From: Gemmatimonas sp.
GTDB lineage: Bacteria > Gemmatimonadota > Gemmatimonadetes > Gemmatimonadales > Gemmatimonadaceae
DNA length: 64,000 nt
Assembly (NCBI RefSeq): GCF_030833075.1
Contig: NZ_JAURHX010000002.1
Reading direction: 5' to 3' (one strand)
The notes under the pieces are model-generated. The model made no database searches. It worked only from the letters and a program-made list of their open reading frames with translations, and was not told the origin of the DNA. A program made the position numbers and the translations under genes. Numbering within the stretch: position 1 is the first letter of the stretch; every line of letters begins with the position of its first letter. Below, piece by piece: positions 35,880-45,653 of the stretch.

Positions 35880-38623
35880 GCGCCGAGTGCCGCGCGCTTC
35901 TCGCGCAACTGCGTGAGGCGGGTTCCCCAATCGGCCGCCTTCGCGCGCTCGGCTTCCACCACCTGCGGCGGCGCCTTGGCCACGAACCCTTCGTTCGACA
36001 GCCGACTCTGGAGCGTGGTGAGCTGCTTGTCGAGTTGCACGATCTCCGTCTCCAAACGCTGCCTCTCCTTGTCGAGATCGATCATGCCGGCCAGCGGCAC
36101 GACGAGTTCGATGCCACCGGATAGCAACACCTGTGCTGCCGCACCGCCCGGGTTGGCCGTCTCCACGCGCACCTTCGCACGCGCGAGCGACCCGGTCGTA
36201 TCGGCCTGCAGCTCAAGTGCGGCCTTCGCGTCGCCGGTGGCCACCAGCACCGTGTCCACCCAAGCGCCCGGATTCACGTTGTACTCCGAACGCACCTGCC
36301 TGATCGCCGCCACCGATTCCCGCACCAACTCGAAATCGCCGGCGCGGGCGGCGTACTCGCCGCTCGTGGACGGCCAGGCAGCCTGTGACAGGAAGGCGCC
36401 GTCCGGAGTCTGGGGCAGCTTCTGCCACAGCTCTTCCGTGATGAACGGCACCATTGGGTGCAGCAGGCGCAGGGCGCCGTCGAAGGCGTGCGCCAGCACG
36501 GCACGCGCCACTTCACGGTCCGCGGTCCCTTCGGCCGCCAGACGCGGCTTCACGCTTTCGAGGTACCAGTCGGCGAGTTCGTTCCAGACGAAGCGGCGCG
36601 CTGCTTCCGCGTACTCCGACAGACGCAATCCCTTGCTGCGCTCGGCATCACTCCAGCGCCCACCCTGCGCGGGACGCGCGGGGCCCAGCGCCGCATCGCA
36701 ATCGGCGATCGCCGCGTCGAGGCGCGACAGAATCCAGCAATCGGCCGGCGCGAGTTGGGCGCGATCGAGTGTCGCGAGTGGCGCCACCGGATCGGTGCCC
36801 ACGCGCGAAAGCAGGAAGCGGCCGATGTTCCACAGCTTCGTGCAGAAGTTGCGACCCGGCGCGAACGACTTCTCGAGGTCGGTGTGGTCGAGCATCACGT
36901 CCACACCGAGGCCGAGGCCCGCCACCATCGTCCAACGCAGCGCGTCGGCGCCGTAGAGCGTTACCACGTCGAGCGGGTCGATGCCGTTGCCCAGCGACTT
37001 CGACATCTTGCGATGCTGCATGTCACGCACGGTGCCGTGCAGATACACCGTGTGGAACGGCGCCTTGCCCATGAACCAGCACCCGCTCATCACCATGCGC
37101 GCCACCCAGAAGAACAGGATTTCGGGGGCGGTGACGAGCACGTCGCCGGGGTAGAAGGCGCGGAGGTCCGGGGTGTCGTCGGGCCAGCCCAGCGTGCTGA
37201 ACGGCCACAGCCAACTCGAGAACCATGTATCGAGCACGTCCTCGTCCTGACGCACCGTGCCGCCGCAGTTCGGGCACGCCGACACATCGGTGCGCGAAAC
37301 GATGGGGGCATGGCCGCACGACGCCGCACAGTACCACACCGGCACGCGATGGCCCCACCAGATCTGACGCGAAATGTTCCAGTCGCGAATGCCCTCGAGC
37401 CAATTCACGTACACGGCTTCCCACCGCTCGGGCAGAATGCGCAGTTCCCCCGTGCGCAATGCCGCGAGCGCCTTGTCGGCGAGCGGCTGCATCCTCACGA
37501 ACCACTGGTCGCTGAGGCGCGGCTCCACCACCGTGTCGCACCGGTAGCAGTGGCGCACGCTGTGCGAGTGATGCTCGATCTTCTGCAGCGCGCCGGCGTC
37601 TTCGAGGAGGGTCACGATCGCCTTGCGGGCCGCGAAACGGTCGAGCCCGCGGAGCGCGTCGGGTACGCGCCCCGTCGCGCCGTCGCCCTCGCGTACCACG
37701 CCGTCCGCATCGATGACCACCGGCATGGTGAGCCCGTGGCGCTTGCCCACCTCGAAGTCGTTCGCGTCGTGCGCGGGCGTGATCTTCACCGCGCCACTGC
37801 CGAACGTCGGGTCGGTGTAGCTGTCGCCGATGATGGGGATGCGCACGCCGTTGAGCGGCAGCACCACCTCCTTGCCGATCAGCGCCTGATAGCGCTCGTC
37901 GTCGGGATTCACCGCCACGGCCACGTCGCCGAGCATCGTCTCCGGCCGCGTGGTGGCCACCGTGATGCCCTGCGACGGGTCGTCGGCCAGCGGGTACCGC
38001 AAGTGGTACAGCTTGCCGTTGGTGTCGTTGAACTCCGCCTCTTCGTCCGACAGGCTGGTGCCGCAGCGCGGACACCAGTGGATCACGCGATGGCCTTTGT
38101 ACACGAGGCCATCCTCATGCAACCGCACGAATGTCTCCCGGACCGCGCGCGACAGCTCGGGGGAGAAGGTGTAGGCCGTACGCGACCAGTCGGCGCTCGC
38201 GCCGATGGACCTCAGCTGGTTGAGGATCTCGCCGCCCGTCTTGTCCACGAACTCGGCCACGCGCTGCACGAACGGTTCCCGGCCAAGATCGAAGCGCGTC
38301 TGTCCCTGCGCCGCGAGCTGCTTTTCCACCACGTTCTGCGTGGCGATCCCGGCGTGGTCGGTACCGGGCACCCAGAGCGCCTCGTCACCTGCCATGCGAC
38401 GCCAGCGAATGAGCACGTCCTGCACGGTGTTGTTGAGTCCGTGACCCATGTGCAGCACGGCCGTCACATTGGGTGGCGGGATGACGATCACGAAGGGTTC
38501 ACGCGCGGCGGCCCGTTCGGGGCTGGCGGTGAACACGCCGTGCTCGGTCCACTGGGGATACCAGGCGGACTCGGTGGCTGCAGCGTCGTAGGTCGTGGGC
38601 AGGTCGGCGTGGGGCGCAGTCAT
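35876..38623 (-). CDS. valS: Valine--tRNA ligase
   Basis: 'PPPNVT..LHMGH', 'GTDHAGIATQ', 'ATTRPET', 'DWNISRQ.WWGH', 'KMSKS', and a C-terminal coiled coil. Confidence 0.98.
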   Translation of the reverse strand: MTAPHADLPTTYDAAATESAWYPQWTEHGVFTASPERAAAREPFVIVIPPPNVTAVLHMGHGLNNTVQDVLIRWRRMAGDEALWVPGTDHAGIATQNVVEKQLAAQGQTRFDLGREPFVQRVAEFVDKTGGEILNQLRSIGASADWSRTAYTFSPELSRAVRETFVRLHEDGLVYKGHRVIHWCPRCGTSLSDEEAEFNDTNGKLYHLRYPLADDPSQGITVATTRPETMLGDVAVAVNPDDERYQALIGKEVVLPLNGVRIPIIGDSYTDPTFGSGAVKITPAHDANDFEVGKRHGLTMPVVIDADGVVREGDGATGRVPDALRGLDRFAARKAIVTLLEDAGALQKIEHHSHSVRHCYRCDTVVEPRLSDQWFVRMQPLADKALAALRTGELRILPERWEAVYVNWLEGIRDWNISRQIWWGHRVPVWYCAASCGHAPIVSRTDVSACPNCGGTVRQDEDVLDTWFSSWLWPFSTLGWPDDTPDLRAFYPGDVLVTAPEILFFWVARMVMSGCWFMGKAPFHTVYLHGTVRDMQHRKMSKSLGNGIDPLDVVTLYGADALRWTMVAGLGLGVDVMLDHTDLEKSFAPGRNFCTKLWNIGRFLLSRVGTDPVAPLATLDRAQLAPADCWILSRLDAAIADCDAALGPARPAQGGRWSDAERSKGLRLSEYAEAARRFVWNELADWYLESVKPRLAAEGTADREVARAVLAHAFDGALRLLHPMVPFITEELWQKLPQTPDGAFLSQAAWPSTSGEYAARAGDFELVRESVAAIRQVRSEYNVNPGAWVDTVLVATGDAKAALELQADTTGSLARAKVRVETANPGGAAAQVLLSGGIELVVPLAGMIDLDKERQRLETEIVQLDKQLTTLQSRLSNEGFVAKAPPQVVEAERAKAADWGTRLTQLREKRAALGA

Positions 38624-38735
38624 AGCCCGGAAAGATAACCGCGCAGCCCGCCTACGGCGCCCCGACAACGTCGTGCGCGTGCCATGTCCCGCCCTTTGGG
38701 AGAGGTGGTGCCCCCCCCGGCGAGGAGGCCGTGGC

Positions 38736-38765
38736 TTGGCGTATCTCCTTTGCCTGGGATAAGTT
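38736..38765 (+). promoter_or_regulatory. Putative sigma70 promoter for thrS
   Basis: TTGGCG-N18-TAAGTT. Confidence 0.45.
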
Positions 38766-38777
38766 GACGGATCCTCT

Positions 38778-38863
38778 CGAGCGGGGGCGACTGCCACGGA
38801 CCGTAGCCGTGCGTCCTCGTGCCGGACATGCCGCCCGTCGTGCGTGCTCGCAGCCGTCGCTCG
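38778..38863 (+). promoter_or_regulatory. Putative structured thrS leader/operator with tRNA-Thr anticodon-arm mimic
   Basis: CACGG-ACCGTAG-CCGTG (5-bp stem, 7-nt loop, central CGU), followed by GTCC-TCGTGCC-GGAC. Enclosed by CGAGCG/CGCTCG. Confidence 0.45.
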
Positions 38864-38885
38864 TGTCCTTCTGCTGTCCTGCCCG

Positions 38886-40874
38886 ATGATTGCCGCTACT
38901 CCTGCCGCTGCCGCCGCCGATGCCATGATCGTGCTCACCCTCCCCGATGGCTCCACCCGGGAGGTGCCGGCGGGAACCCTCGCGCGCGACGTGGTGGCCA
39001 CCATCGGGGCGCGCCTGTTGCAGGCGTCGCTCGCAGTCGCCGTGGACGGCGAGGTTCAGGACCTCATGACGCCGCTGCGGACGTCGGGCGCCTTCGTGGT
39101 GATCACCGACAAGGATCCGCGCGCGCTGGCCGTGCTGCGGCATTCGGGGGCGCACATCCTCGCGACCGCCGTGCGCCGCCTCCGCCCCGATGCCAAGATC
39201 GGGTTCGGCCCCGCCATCGACGACGGCTTCTACTACGACTTCGAAGTCGAAAAGCCGTTCACGCCCGAAGACCTCGCGGCGTTCGAAGCCGAGATGAAAA
39301 AGGTGGTGGCCGAGAAGTATCCGTTCGTGCGGGCCGAGGTAAATGTCGAGGAGGCGAAGCGGCTCTTCGCCGACGACCCGCTCAAGCTCGAGCGCCTCGC
39401 CGACTTCGACGGCACCGACGAAATCATCAGCACGTACACGGACGGCCCCTTCATCGACTTGTGCCGCGGCCCGCACGTGCCCGACACGTCGCACCTCAAG
39501 CACTTCAAGCTGCTGCACACGGCCGGCGCCTACTGGCGCGGCGACGTGAAGCGGCAGATGCTGCAGCGTATCTACGCCACGGCCTTCTTCAAGAAGGACG
39601 AGCTCGACACGCACCTGCACAACCTGGAAGAGGCGAAGAAGCGCGACCACCGCGTGCTCGGCAAGTCACTCGGCCTCTTTCAGCTCTTTCCGCAGGCGCC
39701 CGGCGCCGCGTTCTGGACCCCCAAGGGCACCACGCTCTACAACACGCTCGAGGGCTTCGTGCGTGAGCGGCAGCAGGAGGCGTTTCAGGAGATCAAGACG
39801 CCGCTGCTCTACAACAAGAAGTTGTGGGAGCAGTCGGGGCACTGGGGCAAGTACAAGGAGAACATGTTCCTCGTGCTCGACAACGAGACGGGGGAGCACG
39901 ACATGTCGCTCAAGCCCATGAACTGCCCGTCGCACCACGTGCTGTTCGCGAGCGAGAAGCACTCGTATCGCGAGCTGCCGGTGCGCTTCGTGACGTTCGA
40001 CGTGCTGCACCGCAACGAGCTGTCGGGCGCCTTGTCGGGGCTCACGCGCGTGCGCCAGTTCTCGCAGGATGACTGCCACGTGTACCTGCGTGAAGACCAG
40101 ATCGAAAGCGAGGTGAAGTTCCTCATGGACTTCATCCTCGGCTATTACGACACGTTCGGCCTCACGGCGACACTCAAGTTCGCCACGCGTCCGGAGCAGC
40201 GTATCGGCAGCGACGAGCTGTGGGATCGCGCCGAGGCGGCGCTACGCGCTGCGCTCGACGGCACCGGGCGCCCGTACGAGATGAAGGAAGGGGACGGCGC
40301 GTTCTATGGTCCCAAGATCGATTTCGACGTGACCGACAGCATCGGCCGCGCGTGGCAGCTGGGCACCATCCAGCTCGACTATAACGCGCCGGAACGATTC
40401 GATCTCACGTACACCGGCGAGGACAACGCGCCGCACCGGCCGGTAGTCATTCACCGCGCCGTGAGCGGGTCCTTCGAACGCTTCATCGCCATTCTCATCG
40501 AGCACTTCGGCGGGGCGTTCCCGGTGTGGCTGGCCCCCGAGCAGGTACGTGTCATTCCCATCGCCATCGACTACAACGAGCACGCGCAGGCGCTTGTCGC
40601 TCGCATGAAGGCGCTTGGCATCCGGGCCACGCTCGACGCGCGCAACGAGACGCTCAACTACCGCGTCCGCGAGGGCGAAGTGGAGAAGGTGCCGTACATG
40701 TGCGTGATCGGGCGCCGGGAGGCCGAGGAGCACACGGTCGCACTGCGCACGCGCGGCGCCGGCAAGAAGCAGGAAGTGCTCACCCAAGAGGCGTTTCTCG
40801 AGCGGCTGCTCGACGAGGTGCGCACGCGGGCGCTCGCTCCGCAGCCCGAGCAGGCCGCGGAGGCGGAAGCCTGA
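38886..40874 (+). CDS. thrS: Threonine--tRNA ligase
   Basis: TGS domain 'TLPDGS', 'RHS.AH', 'DLCRGPH', 'RDHR.LG', 'KPMNCP.H', 'GAFYGPKID'. Start 38886 or 38925. Confidence 0.98.
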   Translation: MIAATPAAAAADAMIVLTLPDGSTREVPAGTLARDVVATIGARLLQASLAVAVDGEVQDLMTPLRTSGAFVVITDKDPRALAVLRHSGAHILATAVRRLRPDAKIGFGPAIDDGFYYDFEVEKPFTPEDLAAFEAEMKKVVAEKYPFVRAEVNVEEAKRLFADDPLKLERLADFDGTDEIISTYTDGPFIDLCRGPHVPDTSHLKHFKLLHTAGAYWRGDVKRQMLQRIYATAFFKKDELDTHLHNLEEAKKRDHRVLGKSLGLFQLFPQAPGAAFWTPKGTTLYNTLEGFVRERQQEAFQEIKTPLLYNKKLWEQSGHWGKYKENMFLVLDNETGEHDMSLKPMNCPSHHVLFASEKHSYRELPVRFVTFDVLHRNELSGALSGLTRVRQFSQDDCHVYLREDQIESEVKFLMDFILGYYDTFGLTATLKFATRPEQRIGSDELWDRAEAALRAALDGTGRPYEMKEGDGAFYGPKIDFDVTDSIGRAWQLGTIQLDYNAPERFDLTYTGEDNAPHRPVVIHRAVSGSFERFIAILIEHFGGAFPVWLAPEQVRVIPIAIDYNEHAQALVARMKALGIRATLDARNETLNYRVREGEVEKVPYMCVIGRREAEEHTVALRTRGAGKKQEVLTQEAFLERLLDEVRTRALAPQPEQAAEAEA

Positions 40875-40985
40875 CGCCGGAGGCGCCGCTCGATCGGTGC
40901 TAGCTGTCGCCGGTCGGACTCGTCGAGGTCGACCAGTCCGGTCTGTGGATGTCGCGAACCTGGCAGTACGGCGTCTCCACTGCCA

Positions 40986-42488
40986 TCACCGCTCGTTGGG
41001 CCGCCGCCGTTGCCCCGTCCAGATCACGATGCTGCCGCATCCGTTCCGGCTCGCGAACTGCGGCGGCGTGCTGCCGGTGCGGCTGTACACCTCCACGCCG
41101 CGCACTTCTGCCGATGCAACGAGGTTGTCGAGCTGTCCGTCGGGCACCGGTGTGAACATCCCGTTGAGATAGATCGCCGGTGCGCAGGTGCCGGTGCCTG
41201 CGTTGCCGCGCATCAGCACGCGGTCACGCCCGTTGCCGCCACCCGGCACCACCGTCACGCCCGGTGTGCCACGCATGATGTCCGAGACGAACAGGGCGTT
41301 GCGTTTTTCGAGCTGCGCGTCGTCCATGAAGTAGCCGCCGCCCTGCTTCTTGCGCGCTTCGAAGTCGGCCATTTCGCGCGTCCAGCGATCGGCGGCCACC
41401 TTCACGGTGTCGAGCCGCGGCGCCAACCCCGCCATGTCGATCGCCGCCATCGTCTCCACGCCATCGAGGAAGTCCACCGCCACGCGCTTCGGCTCGAAGC
41501 CCACGGCACGCGCTTCCACCATCCACGACCCGCCCGGCAGCGAATCGAAGGTGAACAGCCCCCCCCCGGTGCTCGTGCCTTCGGTGCCGGTGCCGGGCAC
41601 CGTGACGCGCGCGCCGACCAGTGGCTGGCCGACGCTGTCCCGCACAATGCCGCGGACGCGCCCCGTCCCGCGGAGCAGGGTCTGCGGACGCTCGGTGGGG
41701 CTCGTGGGTGCCTTCGCGATGCGGACCGGCGTCGCAATGACGAGGTCACGCACCAGTAACCCGCTTCGTGGTACGGGCAACTCGATCACGCCGCTCGAGT
41801 CCTTGCCCGCATAGGCCCGCGTGGTGATGGTCGCCTCGGGGGGGACGCCGCACAGCACGAACGCGCCGTTGGGTTTGGCGTCGGCGAACCGGCTGGGAAA
41901 GCGGCGCGACACCCCGCCACCCTGACTGACGATCGTTTCCGCGTACTGCACGCGCACGCGCGCGCCCCCCTCGAGCGGCGTGCCACGCGACGTGCGCACG
42001 AGCCCCATGAACGCGCCGCGGTCCATGCCGTCACCGGCCGTGCCACACGCGGCGCGCAGCATCGTCGCCACCGATGGCAGGCCCAGCGACACGGATACGT
42101 CGCCGCTCCCTTCGATGTTCACCTGGATCACACGACTCTCGAGCCCCAAGCGGTCGAGCTGCTCGTGAATCACGCCCACGAGATAGCTGCCGACACGCAT
42201 CGAGTCGAGCAGGAACTGTCCCGCCGAGTCCGTCTGCACCGTGCGCACGTCGGCAGGATTGTCGGTCGCCACCCACTGCACCGCCGCATTGATCAGCGGG
42301 GCCGTCGCCACGCTATCGAACACCTCGCCGGTCACCCGGGCGAGTGGAATCTTGAGTGGAGCCGCCGCCTTCGGGGCAGGCACGGTGGCCGGTTTCGGGG
42401 CCGGAGCCGGCCGGCGTGGCGGCTGACGGGTCTGGGCTCCGGCAACCACCGGGAACAGCAACGCAGGAAGCAGGCGGAATTGACGCAT
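40986..42488 (-). CDS. Exported protein with carboxypeptidase-regulatory-like (transthyretin-like) repeats and a C-terminal plug-like domain
   Basis: Signal peptide, repeated 'G.V.DS...PL.GA.V' and 'TD..G.F' units, and a C-terminus 'C.P.IYLNG...V.GVEVY......P..F....CG.IVIWT'. Confidence 0.75.
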   Translation of the reverse strand: MRQFRLLPALLFPVVAGAQTRQPPRRPAPAPKPATVPAPKAAAPLKIPLARVTGEVFDSVATAPLINAAVQWVATDNPADVRTVQTDSAGQFLLDSMRVGSYLVGVIHEQLDRLGLESRVIQVNIEGSGDVSVSLGLPSVATMLRAACGTAGDGMDRGAFMGLVRTSRGTPLEGGARVRVQYAETIVSQGGGVSRRFPSRFADAKPNGAFVLCGVPPEATITTRAYAGKDSSGVIELPVPRSGLLVRDLVIATPVRIAKAPTSPTERPQTLLRGTGRVRGIVRDSVGQPLVGARVTVPGTGTEGTSTGGGLFTFDSLPGGSWMVEARAVGFEPKRVAVDFLDGVETMAAIDMAGLAPRLDTVKVAADRWTREMADFEARKKQGGGYFMDDAQLEKRNALFVSDIMRGTPGVTVVPGGGNGRDRVLMRGNAGTGTCAPAIYLNGMFTPVPDGQLDNLVASAEVRGVEVYSRTGSTPPQFASRNGCGSIVIWTGQRRRPNER

Positions 42489-42656
42489 CCCTGCAACTTC
42501 AAGGCACGGCCCTCACGCGTCCAGTGGGGCGTCGGTGACTGGCACCCGGTGGTCACTGGGGTGGGTCGTGTTTTCAGTAAAACACCGCCGCGGGAGCGCG
42601 CTGGTTAGCTTTGTGGGGCTCCACTCCCCTGCGCCACCTACCCGATTTCCTCACAT

Positions 42657-43865
42657 ATGTCTGACCTTTCCCGCCAGCCCGTCATCGTCGGTGCCGCGCG
42701 CACCCCGATCGGCCGATATCTCGGGGGGCTCGCCTCCCTGTCGGCGCCCGAGTTGGGCGCCATCGCCATTCGCGCCGCACTCGAGCGGAGCGGGGTAAAT
42801 CCCGCGCAGGTGCAGGAAGTGATCATGGGGCACGTGCTGCAGGGAGGCACAGGCCAGGCGCCCGCGCGACAGGCCATGCTCAAGGCCGGCGTCCCCAGCA
42901 CGGCCTCCGCCCTCACCGTCAACAAGGTGTGCGGCTCCGGTCTCAAGGCGGTGATGCTTGCCGCGCAGGCCATCAAGGCCGGTGATGCGCAGGTGATCGT
43001 GGCCGGTGGCCAGGAAAGCATGAGCAATGCGCCGCATTACGTGTACGGCATGCGCAGCGGTGTGAAAATCGGTGACCAGACTATGGTCGACGGCATGATC
43101 AGGGATGGCCTCTGGTGCGGTACGTGCAACGTGCACATGGGATCACACGCCGAGTACACCGCTACGAAGGCGGGGGTACCCCGCGACGAGCAGGATGCCT
43201 TTGCGGCAGCGTCACACGCCAAGGCGGTGGCGGCGCAACAGGCCGGGAAGTTCACGGCCGAAATCGTGCCGGTGGAGATTCCGGGCAAGAAGGGGCCCAC
43301 GATCATCGCCATGGACGAAAGTCCGCGTGCCGACACCACCGCCGAGTCGCTCGCCAAGCTGCGCCCCGCGTTTCCGGGCAAGGGTGATGCGAGTACGCTC
43401 AGCGTGACCGCCGGCAACGCGTCGAGCCTCAACGACGGCGCGGCAGCCGTGGTGGTGACGAGTGAAGCGTACGCGCGCGAACACGGGCTCACGATCCTCG
43501 CCCGCATCACGGGCTACGCCACCGGCGCCGGTGACCCGCAGGAGCTGTTCTTTGCGCCCATCACGGCGGTGAAGAACCTCATGGCCAAGAGCGGCACGAG
43601 CATTGGCGACTACGACCTCATCGAGGCCAACGAGGCGTTCGCGAGTCAGGCGCTCGCCGACGGTCGCGGGCTCGGCTGGGACGAGGCCCGGGTCAACGTG
43701 CATGGCGGCGCCATCGCCCTTGGTCACCCCATCGGTGCGAGCGGCACGCGCGTGCTCGTCACGCTCCTGCACGCCCTCATCGACCGTGATCTGCGCACGG
43801 GCGTGGCGACGCTGTGTCTGGGTGGCGGCGACGCCGTGGCGCTGTCGGTGGAACGCGTTTCCTGA
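42657..43865 (+). CDS. Acetyl-CoA C-acetyltransferase (thiolase)
   Basis: 'NKVCGSG', 'NEAFA', 'GHPIGASG', 'CLGGG'. Confidence 0.95.
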   Translation: MSDLSRQPVIVGAARTPIGRYLGGLASLSAPELGAIAIRAALERSGVNPAQVQEVIMGHVLQGGTGQAPARQAMLKAGVPSTASALTVNKVCGSGLKAVMLAAQAIKAGDAQVIVAGGQESMSNAPHYVYGMRSGVKIGDQTMVDGMIRDGLWCGTCNVHMGSHAEYTATKAGVPRDEQDAFAAASHAKAVAAQQAGKFTAEIVPVEIPGKKGPTIIAMDESPRADTTAESLAKLRPAFPGKGDASTLSVTAGNASSLNDGAAAVVVTSEAYAREHGLTILARITGYATGAGDPQELFFAPITAVKNLMAKSGTSIGDYDLIEANEAFASQALADGRGLGWDEARVNVHGGAIALGHPIGASGTRVLVTLLHALIDRDLRTGVATLCLGGGDAVALSVERVS

Positions 43866-44776
43866 CCACGCACCTGACCACCGCGGCCCGCCTGCTGTGG
43901 CGCCTCGGCGCCTTTGGCGTGGCGTGGATTCTCGCGCAGGGCATCTTCGAATCGCTGACGGCTCCGCTGTTCGGTGTGCTCTCGCGAGCGGTGGGCGAGC
44001 CGGTGCCCATGTATCCGTTCAGCATGCTCGTGGGCGTGCTGGCCGGGTGTTGGGCCGGTTTCCGGTTCATGGACGAGGTGCCCTGGTCGGTGCTCGGCAT
44101 CGGCGAGGGGACATGGCGGGGCCGGCGGCTGCTGGTGGGCACCGCGCTCGGTACCGCGGCCATCCTCCTCACCACCGCGGTGCTGTGGGCGGCACAGCAG
44201 CTCCACTTCGAGGCCGTGTCGCCGGCGGCGTACGAGGGCGACAGCTGGAGTGGGACGGCGCTGCGCCTGCTGATGGTGCTGGCGCCCGCAGCGCTCTGGG
44301 AGGAGCTGGTATTCCGCGGCTATCTCCATGCCGTGGCTCGAGAGGCCGCGCCGGTCGGGCAGGGTACGCTGCTGGCACGTAGTGCCGGCAGCGTGGCGTT
44401 CGGTCTGGTGCATCTCATGAATCCCGGGGCCGGCGTGCGCACCACGTTCATCGTGATGCTCGCCGGGTGGTGTCTGTGCCTCGTGCGTGAACGGTCCGGC
44501 TTGCCGGCGGCATTCACCGCGCATCTCGCTTGGAACTGGGTGATGGCGGCGGTGCTGCACGTGCCGGTGAGCGGGTTGCCGTTCGCGACGCCCGGATACC
44601 GGGCCGTGGCGAGCGGGCCGGACTGGATTACCGGGGGCAGTTGGGGCCCCGAAGGTGGAGTGATGGCAGCTTTGGTATTGGGTGGGGCGGCGGCGTGGGG
44701 GCAGCGTGCCTCACGCCCGGACGCGCAACCTCTTTCGACGACTTCTGCAACAACGTCCTCGTTCACAGGAACCTGA
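43862..44776 (+). CDS. CPBP family intramembrane metalloprotease (CAAX/Abi)
   Basis: 'EELVFRG', 'FGLVH', 'H.AWN', 'GG.WGPEG'. Multi-TM; start approximate. Confidence 0.85.
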   Translation: MTTHLTTAARLLWRLGAFGVAWILAQGIFESLTAPLFGVLSRAVGEPVPMYPFSMLVGVLAGCWAGFRFMDEVPWSVLGIGEGTWRGRRLLVGTALGTAAILLTTAVLWAAQQLHFEAVSPAAYEGDSWSGTALRLLMVLAPAALWEELVFRGYLHAVAREAAPVGQGTLLARSAGSVAFGLVHLMNPGAGVRTTFIVMLAGWCLCLVRERSGLPAAFTAHLAWNWVMAAVLHVPVSGLPFATPGYRAVASGPDWITGGSWGPEGGVMAALVLGGAAAWGQRASRPDAQPLSTTSATTSSFTGT

Positions 44777-44782
44777 AGCGAT

Positions 44783-45646
44783 ATGTCCGACACGATTGGG
44801 AGCGTTCAGCGCGCGGCGGTGGTTGGCGCCGGCCAGATGGGCAACGGCATCGCGCACGTCTTTGCGACGAGCGGTCACGACGTCACCATGATCGACGTCA
44901 GCGCCGACGCACTCGCGCGCGGGCGCGATACCATCGCCAAGAACCTCGAACGACAGGTGAAGAAAGGTGCGCTCGAGGCGAGTAGCGCCGAGGCCGCGCT
45001 GGGGCGCATTACCACCGCCACGTCGCTCGATGCCGTGGCCAATGCGCAGATCGTGGTCGAAGCGGCCACCGAACGCACCGATCTCAAGTTCCGCATCTTC
45101 GAGGATCTCGATCGTCTCGCGCCGGCAGGCGCGATCCTCGCCAGCAACACCAGCTCCATCAGCATCACCGAGATCGCTGCGCGCACCACGCGCCCCGAAC
45201 TCGTGATCGGCATGCACTTCATGAATCCGGTGCCGGTCATGCAGCTCGTTGAGGTGATTCGCGGCCTCGCCACCAGCGACACCACCACGCAGCAGGTCAT
45301 GGCGCTCTCGCGGGCACTGGGCAAGACGCCGGTGGAAGTGAACGATTTCCCCGGCTTCGTGGCCAACCGCATTCTCATGCCCATGATCAACGAGGCCATC
45401 TACTGTGTGATGGAAGGCGTGGGCACGCCCGAAGCCATCGACACGGTGATGAAGCTCGGGATGAACCACCCCATGGGCCCGCTCACGCTCGCCGACTTCA
45501 TCGGGCTCGATACGTGCCTCGCCATTCTCGAGGTGCTGCACGACGGGCTCGGTGACCCCAAGTACCGCCCGTGCCCGCTGCTGCGGAAGTACGTGGCCGC
45601 CGGGTGGTACGGCCGCAAGAGCGGCCGCGGTTTCTACCAGTACTGA
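44783..45646 (+). CDS. hbd: 3-hydroxybutyryl-CoA dehydrogenase
   Basis: '[10 protein letters not shown]', 'ASNTSS', 'GMHFMNP', 'GFVANR', 'PMGP..L.D.IGLD', 'G..GRKSG.GFY'. Confidence 0.92.
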   Translation: MSDTIGSVQRAAVVGAGQMGNGIAHVFATSGHDVTMIDVSADALARGRDTIAKNLERQVKKGALEASSAEAALGRITTATSLDAVANAQIVVEAATERTDLKFRIFEDLDRLAPAGAILASNTSSISITEIAARTTRPELVIGMHFMNPVPVMQLVEVIRGLATSDTTTQQVMALSRALGKTPVEVNDFPGFVANRILMPMINEAIYCVMEGVGTPEAIDTVMKLGMNHPMGPLTLADFIGLDTCLAILEVLHDGLGDPKYRPCPLLRKYVAAGWYGRKSGRGFYQY

Positions 45647-45653
45647 GTCGCTC

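Noticed and set aside
36458-38638. Long antisense ORFs (e.g. 726 aa opposite valS, 640 aa at 23659, 604 aa at 21048)
   Set aside because: Shadow ORFs expected from high-GC codon bias. They overlap well-supported genes and show no recognisable motifs.
42530-42605. GTGACTGGC...GGTGGG...GGGAGCG resembling a ZTP (pfl) riboswitch
   Set aside because: The 3' GCCUGGGC pseudoknot hairpin is missing, and the downstream gene is a thiolase rather than a purine or folate gene.
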